DNA from: Candidatus Daviesbacteria bacterium GW2011_GWA1_41_61
GTDB taxonomy: Bacteria > Patescibacteriota > Microgenomatia > Daviesbacterales > UBA10151
Direction of reading: 5' to 3'
Length of the DNA: 64,000 nt
NCBI GenBank assembly: GCA_000997385.1
Contig: LCBT01000003.1
Span: forward strand, 892 to 64,891
Part shown: positions 19,321 through 28,415 of the stretch, in pieces
Layout: each line of letters opens with the position of its first letter
Numbering within the stretch: position 1 is the first letter of the stretch
Program-made: the position numbers and the translations under genes
Notes under the pieces: generated by a model
Told to the model about the DNA's origin: nothing
The model's database searches: none
What the model saw: the letters and a program-made list of their open reading frames with translations, nothing else

Positions 19321-20031
19321 ATGTTGGGGCAAGAGACTGAAGCTTTACTTTTAGACCATGATGGTACTGTTGCTAATACCGAGCAGCAAATAATTCACTC
19401 TTTGCTTACCACGGTGAGCTTCTATGACTCTCAACGTGTTTTGACACAGGAGGAAATAGATGCTTTTTTTGGGCCTCCTTTAGAGGAGTGTTATCGAAGA
19501 TTATATCCGGAAGCAGACCCAGGGTTTATTCTGAATCTATCCCGTTATCACAATAAAGTGGGTAGGTCCAGTTTACATCTAGTTCAACTTTATCCCAAGG
19601 TGGGAGAAACTTTAGAAAAGTTAAGGTCTAAGGGGATAAAGTTGGGGTTAGTTACTTCCCGGGATAGACTCTCTTTAATGGAGATTATGGATAATCTTGG
19701 TATCACGGGATATTTTAATGCCATCGTGGCTCAGGAAGATGTAATTGAACATAAACCCGAACCAGAACCAGTAAAAAAAGGTTTAGCAATTTTGGGAGTT
19801 AATCCCTTTGGAGCCTGTATGTCGGGAGATACTGTCGGGGATATTTTATGTGCGAAGAGAGCTGGAATCAGAACAACTGTTGGTGCTCTTTATGGTTTTT
19901 CCCGGCGTTCAGTAAGAGAACAACTATTTCAGGCTGGAGCGGATTATTATATTGAAAGATTTGAAGAAATCTTAGAGATTGTTCAGCCAAGCTTTTTATC
20001 CAAACCTCGGGGGTTGAACAAAACAGCATAG
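19321..20031 (+). CDS. HAD-family phosphatase
   Basis: DHDGTV, VTS, KPEPE, GDTVGD. Confidence 0.88.
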   Translation: MLGQETEALLLDHDGTVANTEQQIIHSLLTTVSFYDSQRVLTQEEIDAFFGPPLEECYRRLYPEADPGFILNLSRYHNKVGRSSLHLVQLYPKVGETLEKLRSKGIKLGLVTSRDRLSLMEIMDNLGITGYFNAIVAQEDVIEHKPEPEPVKKGLAILGVNPFGACMSGDTVGDILCAKRAGIRTTVGALYGFSRRSVREQLFQAGADYYIERFEEILEIVQPSFLSKPRGLNKTA

Positions 20032-20032
20032 T

Positions 20033-21175
20033 TTAAGGCATTAAGGTTGGATGATTAGCAGAAACACCAACAAAGTCGTTAATAGTTTTTACATCTCTCC
20101 TTAGATTGATCCAATTAACTAGGCCCCTAGTAATGCTTCCTGGTAAGGATAAACCTTCCCCTCTTAAACCAGTCACAACTTGTACAGCTTTAGCTCCAAC
20201 CATAATTTTTTCCATGGCTGTCCAATCATCTTTTATCCCTCCTACCCCTATAATGTCCAGTTGTTGACCTGCTTGTCTAAAAATATGAGCAATTATCCTG
20301 TCAGACATCCTACGGAAGTCTGGGTCATCTCCGGATAACCCTCCAGCCTCAGACCTCCACCTTTCACCATATTTTGCTTTAATATCTGTGTTAACTGTAG
20401 TGTTGGCAGCGATAATAATTGGTACGTGGTTATCTATGGCCACTTGGATGACATCATCCACCGCCTGGAATGTTAAGTCCGGAACAACTTTAATGGCCAG
20501 TGGTTTTCTTCCACCCATTTCATCCATAGTCTGATTTACCGCTTGGACAATATCAGTTAAAGGGCCTTTATTTTGAAGTTGCCGGAGTCCCGGGGTATTA
20601 GGAGAGGAGACATTTATTTCAAAATAAGCGGCATGATGGTAAAGTTGTTTTGCTACTACAGCATGAGCTCGGGAAGTATCTTCTACCGGGACATCCTTAT
20701 TCTTTCCTAAACTTACCCCAATTGGGATTCCACTACCCTGGTATCTTTCCAAGTTTCTATCAACTGCCATCATCCCCGGGCTGTTAAAACCCAATCTGTT
20801 TAAAGCCACCCCCGGAGCCAAAATGAACTGTCTTTTCCTAGGATTTCCATACTGAGGGTGTTCAGGAACGGTACCAACAGTAACAGTAGAGGCTCCTAAC
20901 TGCCAGAGACCTCGAACACACTTACCTTCTTTGTCCCATCCTGCCCCTACCATTACCGGACTTTCCAGTTCCAGTCCACCTACACAAACTTTTAGTCTGG
21001 GGTCAGTAAAACGTATTCCTCGATAAGCAAAAAATCTTTCTAGAAGTGCTAAAGTTAAGGGATGAGATTCAGCTACATGAAGCCCGCTTTTTACTAGATT
21101 ATGAGCATCTTCAGAATCTAATATTCCATGTCTATCTAAAAAATCTAAAGCCGGTCCAACAACTTCTTTGTACAT
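20033..21175 (-). CDS. pyrD: Dihydroorotate dehydrogenase, class 2 (quinone type)
   Basis: AGWDK, NRLGFNS, GKNK, NVSSPNTPGLR (Ser base), GGLSG, GVGGI. Confidence 0.93.
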   Translation of the reverse strand: MYKEVVGPALDFLDRHGILDSEDAHNLVKSGLHVAESHPLTLALLERFFAYRGIRFTDPRLKVCVGGLELESPVMVGAGWDKEGKCVRGLWQLGASTVTVGTVPEHPQYGNPRKRQFILAPGVALNRLGFNSPGMMAVDRNLERYQGSGIPIGVSLGKNKDVPVEDTSRAHAVVAKQLYHHAAYFEINVSSPNTPGLRQLQNKGPLTDIVQAVNQTMDEMGGRKPLAIKVVPDLTFQAVDDVIQVAIDNHVPIIIAANTTVNTDIKAKYGERWRSEAGGLSGDDPDFRRMSDRIIAHIFRQAGQQLDIIGVGGIKDDWTAMEKIMVGAKAVQVVTGLRGEGLSLPGSITRGLVNWINLRRDVKTINDFVGVSANHPTLMP

Positions 21176-21220
21176 AAGTAAAAATGGAACTCCATAGGCA
21201 GAATAAGATTTAAATTAAGG

Positions 21221-21850
21221 TTAGGAAGTAGGAAGGTTTTTCCCATGTCCTATATTTTTGTTGATGGGAATGCCTGCTTGACACATTGGGCACTCTTCCG
21301 GTTTCCAGGTGGACATAGAGATTTCCAATAAAGCATTAATCTTTCTTAAGCCGAACCCAATGTCTTCAGGCTTAACTTTTCCTCGGTTGCATAGTACAGC
21401 TAAGCTGACAAGGTCTACTTCTAATGGTTGTAAGGCTTGCAAAACGCTTTTGACAGAGCTTCCAGTGGTTAGCACGTCTTCAGTTGCTAATACTCGGGTC
21501 CCATGAATTAATTTATCATGACCTCGGGCAAAGAAGAATGAGTCATCGGATCCTTTTTCCGCAAATACACCCACAACTTCTCTTCCTGTCATTTGACTTA
21601 AGGCTAAGGCTGTTCCCCAAGCTAGTGTTATACCTCCTGATGCTGGTCCAACTACAGTCTGGATATCACGATCAATGTACATTTCAGCTATCATTTGACA
21701 AAGTTCAAAAGCTCGAAGAGTTTGAGGCATAACGGCGTCTTTATTGACATATTCAGAGCCATGAAGTCCGGATTTGTAGAGAAAATGATCATCAGTAAGT
21801 ATAGTTCCGGTTTGTGCAAAAATTTCTTTGACTCTTTCAGTGTTAGCCAT
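21221..21850 (-). CDS. pyrE: Orotate phosphoribosyltransferase
   Basis: HF..SGLH...Y, PRPP motif EDVLTTGSS, CPMC tail. Confidence 0.9.
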   Translation of the reverse strand: MANTERVKEIFAQTGTILTDDHFLYKSGLHGSEYVNKDAVMPQTLRAFELCQMIAEMYIDRDIQTVVGPASGGITLAWGTALALSQMTGREVVGVFAEKGSDDSFFFARGHDKLIHGTRVLATEDVLTTGSSVKSVLQALQPLEVDLVSLAVLCNRGKVKPEDIGFGLRKINALLEISMSTWKPEECPMCQAGIPINKNIGHGKNLPTS

Positions 21851-21852
21851 AT

Positions 21853-22920
21853 TTATGCTGCTTGCTTTAAGTGTCTGATTTGATTATCTAATTTAATAAC
21901 TTCTCTCTTTGCTGCTTCAGCGAAATCTGGGCCACTTGAAGCAAATATAATTCCACTGGAACTGTTGATAACAATATTGTCACCTGCAAACTTCAATGTA
22001 GATTCCAAATCCCCGCCTTGCTTGCCAATTCCTGGAATCAAAAATAACAGATTGGGAGCAAGTAGTCTGACAGGTTTAAAAGCTTTTGGGTGTGTCGCTC
22101 CTACTACCAGCCCGAAGGTGGTATCGGGATGTTTTGCTGCTAAAGTAGCAGTTCTTAAAGCAACTATTTGGTATATTGGTAGAAGGCGGTTACTGGGTCG
22201 ATGTTTTTCTAAAAAGCGTCTTTGTTTTTCAGTTAACTTTGATTCTTTATCCAACGCTTCTAAAAGAGTGTCTGAATAATGTTGCTTTGCAGCGACTTGA
22301 GCAAGATCCATTTCGTCATCTGTCATCGGGGACCCTTTTAGTATCTGTTCTCTTTGATACTGATAAAAATCCACAGGAGCATCTTGATACAAGGCAGCTC
22401 CGGGATTAGTGGTCTTACAAAGCACGATAAGTCCCTTGCCTGGATATCTTAAGAACGGATCATAAGTATCATGGCCAAAATAAGGATTAACGGTAATAGC
22501 ATCGAAACCATATCGATCAAAGGCCATTTCCGCGTATCCTTTGTTTGTATTTCCGATATCTGCTCTTTTAACATCCCCAATAATTGGAATATGGGGATAT
22601 TCTTTATTGGTGTACAAGATAATACTATTTAGGGTGCTCTCTCCTTCTTCACTGTGCTCATAAAAAGCTATATTGGGTTTAATAGTACAAACATACGGAT
22701 GAGTGGCATCTATGATTGGTCGAAGAAAATCATGAAAAACACAAGTTCGTTGAGATCGTGCCGAATAATCTAATTGATGAGGAAGATCGGGAAGTGTTCC
22801 TCGGACATGGGTAAACATGTAAGGAGGAAGTTTATCAAGATCAGGATCATAGCCAACACAAACTAATTTTCCGTCTGACTGATTATTACTAATTAACTCG
22901 CCGAAGTTTCTTTCTGCCAT
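21853..22920 (-). CDS. pyrF: Orotidine-5'-phosphate decarboxylase with a large internal insertion
   Basis: CVGYDP, KPNIAFYE, DVKRADIGNT, GLVVGAT, LIPGIGKQGG. Confidence 0.92.
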   Translation of the reverse strand: MAERNFGELISNNQSDGKLVCVGYDPDLDKLPPYMFTHVRGTLPDLPHQLDYSARSQRTCVFHDFLRPIIDATHPYVCTIKPNIAFYEHSEEGESTLNSIILYTNKEYPHIPIIGDVKRADIGNTNKGYAEMAFDRYGFDAITVNPYFGHDTYDPFLRYPGKGLIVLCKTTNPGAALYQDAPVDFYQYQREQILKGSPMTDDEMDLAQVAAKQHYSDTLLEALDKESKLTEKQRRFLEKHRPSNRLLPIYQIVALRTATLAAKHPDTTFGLVVGATHPKAFKPVRLLAPNLLFLIPGIGKQGGDLESTLKFAGDNIVINSSSGIIFASSGPDFAEAAKREVIKLDNQIRHLKQAA

Positions 22921-23000
22921 AGACTAGGGGACAGATAGTATGACGTTAATTTAAAGAGGAGCCTTTGTCAAGAGGTTACTTAAATGGTATAAATAGCTTG

Positions 23001-23789
23001 ATGAAAGTGTTGCCTGACTTTAAGCTGTTTATCTTTTTAAGCTTGACCTCAGTTTTTATATTTTTATTTGATCAGCTAGGAATGCTCAATTTTCCTAAAT
23101 CTCTACTTCAAAGTTTAACTATTCCTATCCAGTATGGTTTTTATAAATCAGGGACTTCTTTAAGCAGACAGTTTGAGTTTGTGGCTATGGTCAGACGTGC
23201 TTCTTTAGAAAATAAAGCTTTAAAAAGACAGTTGGGGGATCTTTTGGTGGAAAATGCCAATCTGAGAAAGAAACTGGCTGAAAATGAATCTTTGTTGGAA
23301 CAATACAGTAAATTAAACCCTAAAACTTATGACCTTTTACCATCCAGGCCAATTGGAACAGGCAGATTTGTAACTTTAGACAGGGGGCTAGAAGATGGAG
23401 TGGGAGTAGGGCAGACAGTTGTTTTTAAAGACAGCCTCATTGGACAGATTAAACAAGTAAGCCCTAAAACTTCAGAGGTGATGTTACTTTCTGATCCGGA
23501 TTCTAAAATTGCCGTTTATTCCCAAAACAGCCAGGGAAAGGCTAAGGGGATCCTCCAGGGCCAATTTGGATCAGAGATTTTAATGGATAAGATCCTGCAT
23601 CAGGAAACAGTGGAGGCAGGTGATCTGGTCTATTCTGAAGGAACTGAAGGAAAATTTCCTAAAGGTTTGATTGTGGGTAAGGTAACTGAAGTGTTTCAAA
23701 GAGAGAATGAAGTTTTTAAACAGGCTAAAGTGGAACCAATTTATGATATTCATGAGTTGGATATGCTGTTTGTAATTAGAAACATATGA
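23001..23789 (+). CDS. mreC: Rod shape-determining protein MreC
   Basis: TM helix, coiled coil (EN..L), LDRG..DGV, FPKGLIVGKV. Confidence 0.9.
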   Translation: MKVLPDFKLFIFLSLTSVFIFLFDQLGMLNFPKSLLQSLTIPIQYGFYKSGTSLSRQFEFVAMVRRASLENKALKRQLGDLLVENANLRKKLAENESLLEQYSKLNPKTYDLLPSRPIGTGRFVTLDRGLEDGVGVGQTVVFKDSLIGQIKQVSPKTSEVMLLSDPDSKIAVYSQNSQGKAKGILQGQFGSEILMDKILHQETVEAGDLVYSEGTEGKFPKGLIVGKVTEVFQRENEVFKQAKVEPIYDIHELDMLFVIRNI

Positions 23790-24235
23790 TGGCAGTTACT
23801 TTGGTTTTATTATTTCTAACTTTTCTTCAGGCTACGCTTTGGCCTGTCAGTTTAGTTTTGCTTGTGTTGATAAATAGAAGTTTTTTAGTAGATGACAGGA
23901 AAAATTTTTGGCTGGCCTTTATCTTTGGTTTGTTGCTCTCTCTGCTTTTAGGTTTACCCTTAGGCAGCTTAAGTTTGGTCTATCTTTTGGTAGTAACTTT
24001 GGTGACAGTCTTTAAAAAAATTCAGCCTACTTCTCCCTGGTTGATAGTGTTGCCGATAGCCTTTATTCTGTTGATCTTGGAAAGGTTGATAGAAAGCTGG
24101 TGGTTTGACTCCAGTTTCAATCCTTGGCTTTTAATAATAGAAACACTGCTGATTTTACCAATTTATCTGTCAGTGCTGTTTTATGAAGAGAGACTGACTG
24201 CTAAGGGAGATTTAAGATTGAAGATAGGGAAATAA
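23786..24235 (+). CDS. mreD: MreD-like membrane protein
   Basis: Highly hydrophobic ORF between mreC and PBP2. Confidence 0.65.
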   Translation: MMAVTLVLLFLTFLQATLWPVSLVLLVLINRSFLVDDRKNFWLAFIFGLLLSLLLGLPLGSLSLVYLLVVTLVTVFKKIQPTSPWLIVLPIAFILLILERLIESWWFDSSFNPWLLIIETLLILPIYLSVLFYEERLTAKGDLRLKIGK

Positions 24236-26107
24236 ATGAGATCTAAAAAAAGAAAACTAGGGCTAGCTTTTTCTGATGAACTGATTAAGGTAGATGGTTC
24301 AACGCATCATCTTAAAAAAAGTGGTACCTCAGGTGAAGGTTGGGAGGAGATGTTGCTGCCCCAGGCTGCAGCTGAGGTTGTGGAGTCAGAGATCTCTTCT
24401 TGGAGACTGTTGGTTTTGGCAGTGTTGGTTTTGGCGGCTTTTTTTGGTTTGTTTTTAAGATTGTTTCAACTCCAGGTGGTTTTGGGAAATTATCACCAGC
24501 AACTGGCAGATTCCAACCGGGTGCAGATGAAAATTATCCATGCCTCCAGAGGTGTAATCTATGACCGTAACGGTAAAATTTTAGCCGAGAACATCCCTGG
24601 CTTTAGAATGGGAAAGAACTTGTTCATCAGCCGCGATGAAGCCTTAAAGTGGGAAGCTCAAGACAATCCCCGATTTGCTGAGCTGGAAATTGATAATATC
24701 CGCTATTATCCTTATGGGGAAGTTGCTGCCCCTGTTTTGGGATATACGGGAGAGATCTCTGAGGAAGAGATGAAAGGCTCCTCAAGCTATAGATTGGGAG
24801 ACCGGTTGGGTAGAGCCGGGATAGAAAAGAGTTATGAGGCACAATTAAAAGGAGTCGATGGGGCAGAGATTGTGGAAGTGGATGCGCAAGGTAAAAAACT
24901 TCGCTTGCTCCGCCGTATCGAGCCCACTCCCGGTAAGAATATCCATTTATCTTTGGACATTGATCTGCAGAAAGTGGCTTTCCAGTCACTAAAAAAAGGA
25001 GTTTCAGAAGCTAAAAGCTGTTGTGGGGCAGTTGTAGCTTTGGATCCCCAAAGTGGTGAAGTTTTAACGCTAGTCTCTTTACCCTCCTATGATGCCAATA
25101 CTTTAACTGATCCCCGAAGGATTGAAGAGGCTGCTGGTTATTTTAATAATGAAAATGCGCCTTTTTTAAACAGGGCTATCTCTGGCACCTATCCTCCTGG
25201 ATCAACCTTTAAAATTACCTCAGCTTTAGCAGGATTATCTTTAGGTAAGATTAACTCTCGGACTAAAATTGAGGATAGTGGAGTAGTGAGTATTGGTCCA
25301 TACAAATATGCCAATTGGTATTTTACCCAGTATGGTAAAACCGAAGGGTTGGTGGATATAGTCAAAGCCTTGCAGCGTTCCAATGATATCTTTTTTTACC
25401 GGGTGGGAGAATATGTGGGAGAGAAGGAATTAGGCAGAGTAGCTAAAAGTTTGGGCTTTGGCAGAAAGCTGAGGATAGATCTGCCGGAAGAAGCTGAGGG
25501 TTTAATCCCCACTAATGAATGGAAACAAGAAAACATTGGGGAGGTATGGTATCCCGGTGATACTTTACATCTGGCTATTGGCCAGGGTTTTTTACTTACC
25601 ACACCGCTTCAGGTTTTGACTCAAACAGCTTTTATTGCTGATAAGGGAAGTTTAATTCAACCCCATCTGCTTAGTAAGATTACTTCTCCTGAGGGGTTCA
25701 CTATCAAGGAGTTCTCCTTTGAGCCAATAGTTAAAGATATATTTAAAAAAGAAGATTTAGAGATAGTTGGGGAAGGGTTGAAGCTGGTCCCCAAACTAGG
25801 AGGCACAGCTTGGCCCTTTTTTAATTTTTCTATCCCTACAGCGGGTAAAACTGGGACAGCTGAGTTTGGTGATCCTGAGGGTAAAACCCATGCTTGGTAT
25901 ACTTCTTATGCTCCGGCAGAAAACCCCAGGATTGCTTTAACAGTCTTAGTAGAAGCAGGGGGGGAAGGATCCTCTATAGCTGCCCCCATAGCCAAAGAGA
26001 TTTATACCTGGTACTTTAATGATGATAAAACAAATATTAAAAGTTTAGATAAAAACCCTCTCTCCACCAACTCAGGAACAGAGTCGGGTAAAACTTTAGG
26101 GGAGTAG
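24236..26107 (+). CDS. mrdA: Penicillin-binding protein 2
   Basis: RGVIYDRNG; catalytic motifs STFK, SND, KTGT. Confidence 0.93.
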   Translation: MRSKKRKLGLAFSDELIKVDGSTHHLKKSGTSGEGWEEMLLPQAAAEVVESEISSWRLLVLAVLVLAAFFGLFLRLFQLQVVLGNYHQQLADSNRVQMKIIHASRGVIYDRNGKILAENIPGFRMGKNLFISRDEALKWEAQDNPRFAELEIDNIRYYPYGEVAAPVLGYTGEISEEEMKGSSSYRLGDRLGRAGIEKSYEAQLKGVDGAEIVEVDAQGKKLRLLRRIEPTPGKNIHLSLDIDLQKVAFQSLKKGVSEAKSCCGAVVALDPQSGEVLTLVSLPSYDANTLTDPRRIEEAAGYFNNENAPFLNRAISGTYPPGSTFKITSALAGLSLGKINSRTKIEDSGVVSIGPYKYANWYFTQYGKTEGLVDIVKALQRSNDIFFYRVGEYVGEKELGRVAKSLGFGRKLRIDLPEEAEGLIPTNEWKQENIGEVWYPGDTLHLAIGQGFLLTTPLQVLTQTAFIADKGSLIQPHLLSKITSPEGFTIKEFSFEPIVKDIFKKEDLEIVGEGLKLVPKLGGTAWPFFNFSIPTAGKTGTAEFGDPEGKTHAWYTSYAPAENPRIALTVLVEAGGEGSSIAAPIAKEIYTWYFNDDKTNIKSLDKNPLSTNSGTESGKTLGE

Positions 26108-26132
26108 ATATAATAGTTGCAATAATGAGAAT

Positions 26133-26624
26133 ATGATGAACTGCAAAATAGAATTTTATCAACAACAATACGCAGTAGAGGTTTATAAATTTTTCGAGGA
26201 TTTTCAGGATTATTTAGTTAATCTTGATCCTTTAAAAAGGTTAAAGAGAATTCCGGGATTTGGGGAAAAGGTTTTAGAGAAAACTGTTAAGGAAGTCGCT
26301 CAAAAACAGGGGGTATTTTATGTTGCTTTGGTTGGTGATAAGGTTGTTGGTTTTGTGGTTGGAGTTTTAGAAGGACAATCTGATGAAGGTTTGCTTAATG
26401 CTCATCCGGGGATTATGGGCAGGGTAACAGAGCTTTATGTGGATGATTCTTTTCGGGGTCAGGGTATAGGAACTAAACTAATGTCTAAAGTGGAGCAGTA
26501 TCTTAAGAGAAAAGACTGTGACTATATTTGGGTTGAGGTATTTTTACCTAATGTTAAAACCCACGATTTATATAAAAAATTAGGGTATCAAGATAGGGAT
26601 ATTGATATGATTAAGAAATTGTAG
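26133..26624 (+). CDS. GNAT-family acetyltransferase
   Basis: ELYVDDSFRGQGIGTKL, N......LYKKLGY. Confidence 0.88.
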   Translation: MMNCKIEFYQQQYAVEVYKFFEDFQDYLVNLDPLKRLKRIPGFGEKVLEKTVKEVAQKQGVFYVALVGDKVVGFVVGVLEGQSDEGLLNAHPGIMGRVTELYVDDSFRGQGIGTKLMSKVEQYLKRKDCDYIWVEVFLPNVKTHDLYKKLGYQDRDIDMIKKL

Positions 26625-26634
26625 TCCTCGTGCG

Positions 26635-26651
26635 TCCACCTGAAAGGTGGA
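26635..26651. repeat. Intergenic hairpin TCCACCT-GAA-AGGTGGA
   Basis: Perfect 7-bp stem downstream of GTAG (which contains the GNAT stop); its core resembles CACCTC-G-GAGGTG inside topA. Confidence 0.5.
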
Positions 26652-26663
26652 AAGAGACATTAA

Positions 26664-26957
26664 ATGACAGAAGTTTTAACAGATAGTTTGATAACAGATA
26701 GGATGAGAGAGCTCTATGCTGAAGATTGTAGGAAATGGGAGAGTTTGATAAGGAAAGCAAATTTAGCAAGATACCGCGGGTGTTTTACCTGTAGATTCTA
26801 TCGGCCACTAAGTTGTGAGTTTGTTGATGTAGCTGAAGTAGACGGAGATCCTTTACCTTGGGATACAGAGAGAGCTTTTGTCAGTTGTGCGCTTGTTCCA
26901 GACTTTGACGAAATATTAAGGATTAATTGCAAAAGATGGCAACTTAAAAATGGTTAA
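26664..26957 (+). CDS. Small Cys-rich hypothetical protein
   Basis: CFTCRFY plus further Cys residues; overlaps the dprA start. Confidence 0.55.
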   Translation: MTEVLTDSLITDRMRELYAEDCRKWESLIRKANLARYRGCFTCRFYRPLSCEFVDVAEVDGDPLPWDTERAFVSCALVPDFDEILRINCKRWQLKNG

Positions 26958-28044
26958 AGATAATATTCCTTATCTTTTGGCTTTACATTCAATTAATGGT
27001 TTAGGGCCTATTAGGCTTAAGGCATTACTGGACTATTTTGAAGATCCTAAGAAAGTTTGGGAAGCTTCAGTAAAGGAACTTTTACAGTTAGGGATTCCTA
27101 AAAATACAGCTTCTCTTTTGGAAGAAACCAGAAGGCATCTTGACCCTGAAAACTATGCCCAGCAAATTTCCAACTCCGGTATTAAATGGACAACTCTCTT
27201 TGATGAAAATTATCCCGATCTTTTAAAGGAAATTTATGGTCCACCAATAGTTTTATATTACCTGGGGGATTTTAAACCTGAAGACAAAAGGGCTGTAGCA
27301 GTGGTGGGGACCAGGAAGATGACTGGTTATGGCAGACTGGTGACTGAGAAGTTAACTGCAGAGTTAGTAGAAGCTGGAGTAACTATTGTTTCTGGGCTAG
27401 CCAGGGGAGTAGATACCCAGGCTCACCAGACAGCTATTAAAAAAGAAGGTAGGACCGTGGCTGTTTTGGGAGGAGGGCTGCTCAAAATTTTTCCTCCGGA
27501 AAATACTCAACTGGCAAAGCAGATTATTTCTGGCTTTGGAGCCCTGGTTAGTGAGTTTCCCCCGGACGCTCCTTCCTTGCCAGGAAACTTCCCTACCAGA
27601 AACAGAATTATCTCGGGGCTGTCTTTGGCAGTTTTGGTAACTGAAGCGGCCCAGGATTCTGGGTCCTTAATTACTGCCAAACTGGCTTTGGAACAAGGCA
27701 GGGAAGTTTTTGCTGTCCCTGGTCCTATCACCTCAGAGTTGTCTTCTGGGCCGGCCTCCTTAATTAAACAAGGAGCTAGTCTGGTGACAGAAGCAGGGGA
27801 GATCTTGGAAGAGCTCGGGATAAGCAAAGGGAAAAGGGTTAAAGGTGAAGGGGAAAGCGGTTTAAAATTAAATGAAGTGGAGCGGCGGATACTGGAGACA
27901 TTGGCTTCAGAGAACAAACATGTTGATGAGTTTTGCCGGGAGTTGCAACTTCAAGCGTCAATTGTTTCTGCTTCTTTAATCAAAATGGAGATCTATGGTT
28001 TGGTGAAGAATTTGGGGGGAGGAATTTATGTCAAAGTTTGCTAA
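26950..28044 (+). CDS. dprA: DNA-processing protein DprA
   Basis: AVVGTR, IVSGLARGVD, FPTRNRIISGLS, SGSLITA, C-terminal wHTH. Confidence 0.96.
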   Translation: MVKDNIPYLLALHSINGLGPIRLKALLDYFEDPKKVWEASVKELLQLGIPKNTASLLEETRRHLDPENYAQQISNSGIKWTTLFDENYPDLLKEIYGPPIVLYYLGDFKPEDKRAVAVVGTRKMTGYGRLVTEKLTAELVEAGVTIVSGLARGVDTQAHQTAIKKEGRTVAVLGGGLLKIFPPENTQLAKQIISGFGALVSEFPPDAPSLPGNFPTRNRIISGLSLAVLVTEAAQDSGSLITAKLALEQGREVFAVPGPITSELSSGPASLIKQGASLVTEAGEILEELGISKGKRVKGEGESGLKLNEVERRILETLASENKHVDEFCRELQLQASIVSASLIKMEIYGLVKNLGGGIYVKVC

Positions 28045-28053
28045 GATAAAGCT

Positions 28054-28413
28054 ATGGTTGAGAGTAAATTAAAGCTGGTAATGTTAGTTTTAATAGTCAT
28101 TGGAGCTACGGTGACTTTGACCCTTATGACCAGCCAATCTAAACCTGTGGAAAGAAAGCTTTCAGCTGAAGATACTGAGGCGGTGATACGGGCCAAAGAT
28201 GTTTACCGTAAAGGGAAGGAAGGAGAAATGGATCTGTCCTCTGGACCGTGTCTTTCTAATGATTTGATGCCGGGGTGGGTGGCAGATGTAGTTTCAAGCC
28301 CCAGGACTTTGGAAGATGATCTACCCCATAATCAGTGTGCTGCCTTTTTAGAAGGCCGGGCTGAGCATTTTGTAGAACTGGATCAAAAAGGGAATTTAGT
28401 GAGAGTGAGATAG
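28054..28413 (+). CDS. Hypothetical exported or membrane-anchored protein
   Basis: N-terminal TM helix; GPCL...NQC Cys pair; HFVELD. Confidence 0.65.
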   Translation: MVESKLKLVMLVLIVIGATVTLTLMTSQSKPVERKLSAEDTEAVIRAKDVYRKGKEGEMDLSSGPCLSNDLMPGWVADVVSSPRTLEDDLPHNQCAAFLEGRAEHFVELDQKGNLVRVR

Positions 28414-28415
28414 AG

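Noticed and set aside
19280-23000. Target-site duplication around the pyr insert
   Set aside because: Only a short AGGTTAC match was found, too weak to call.
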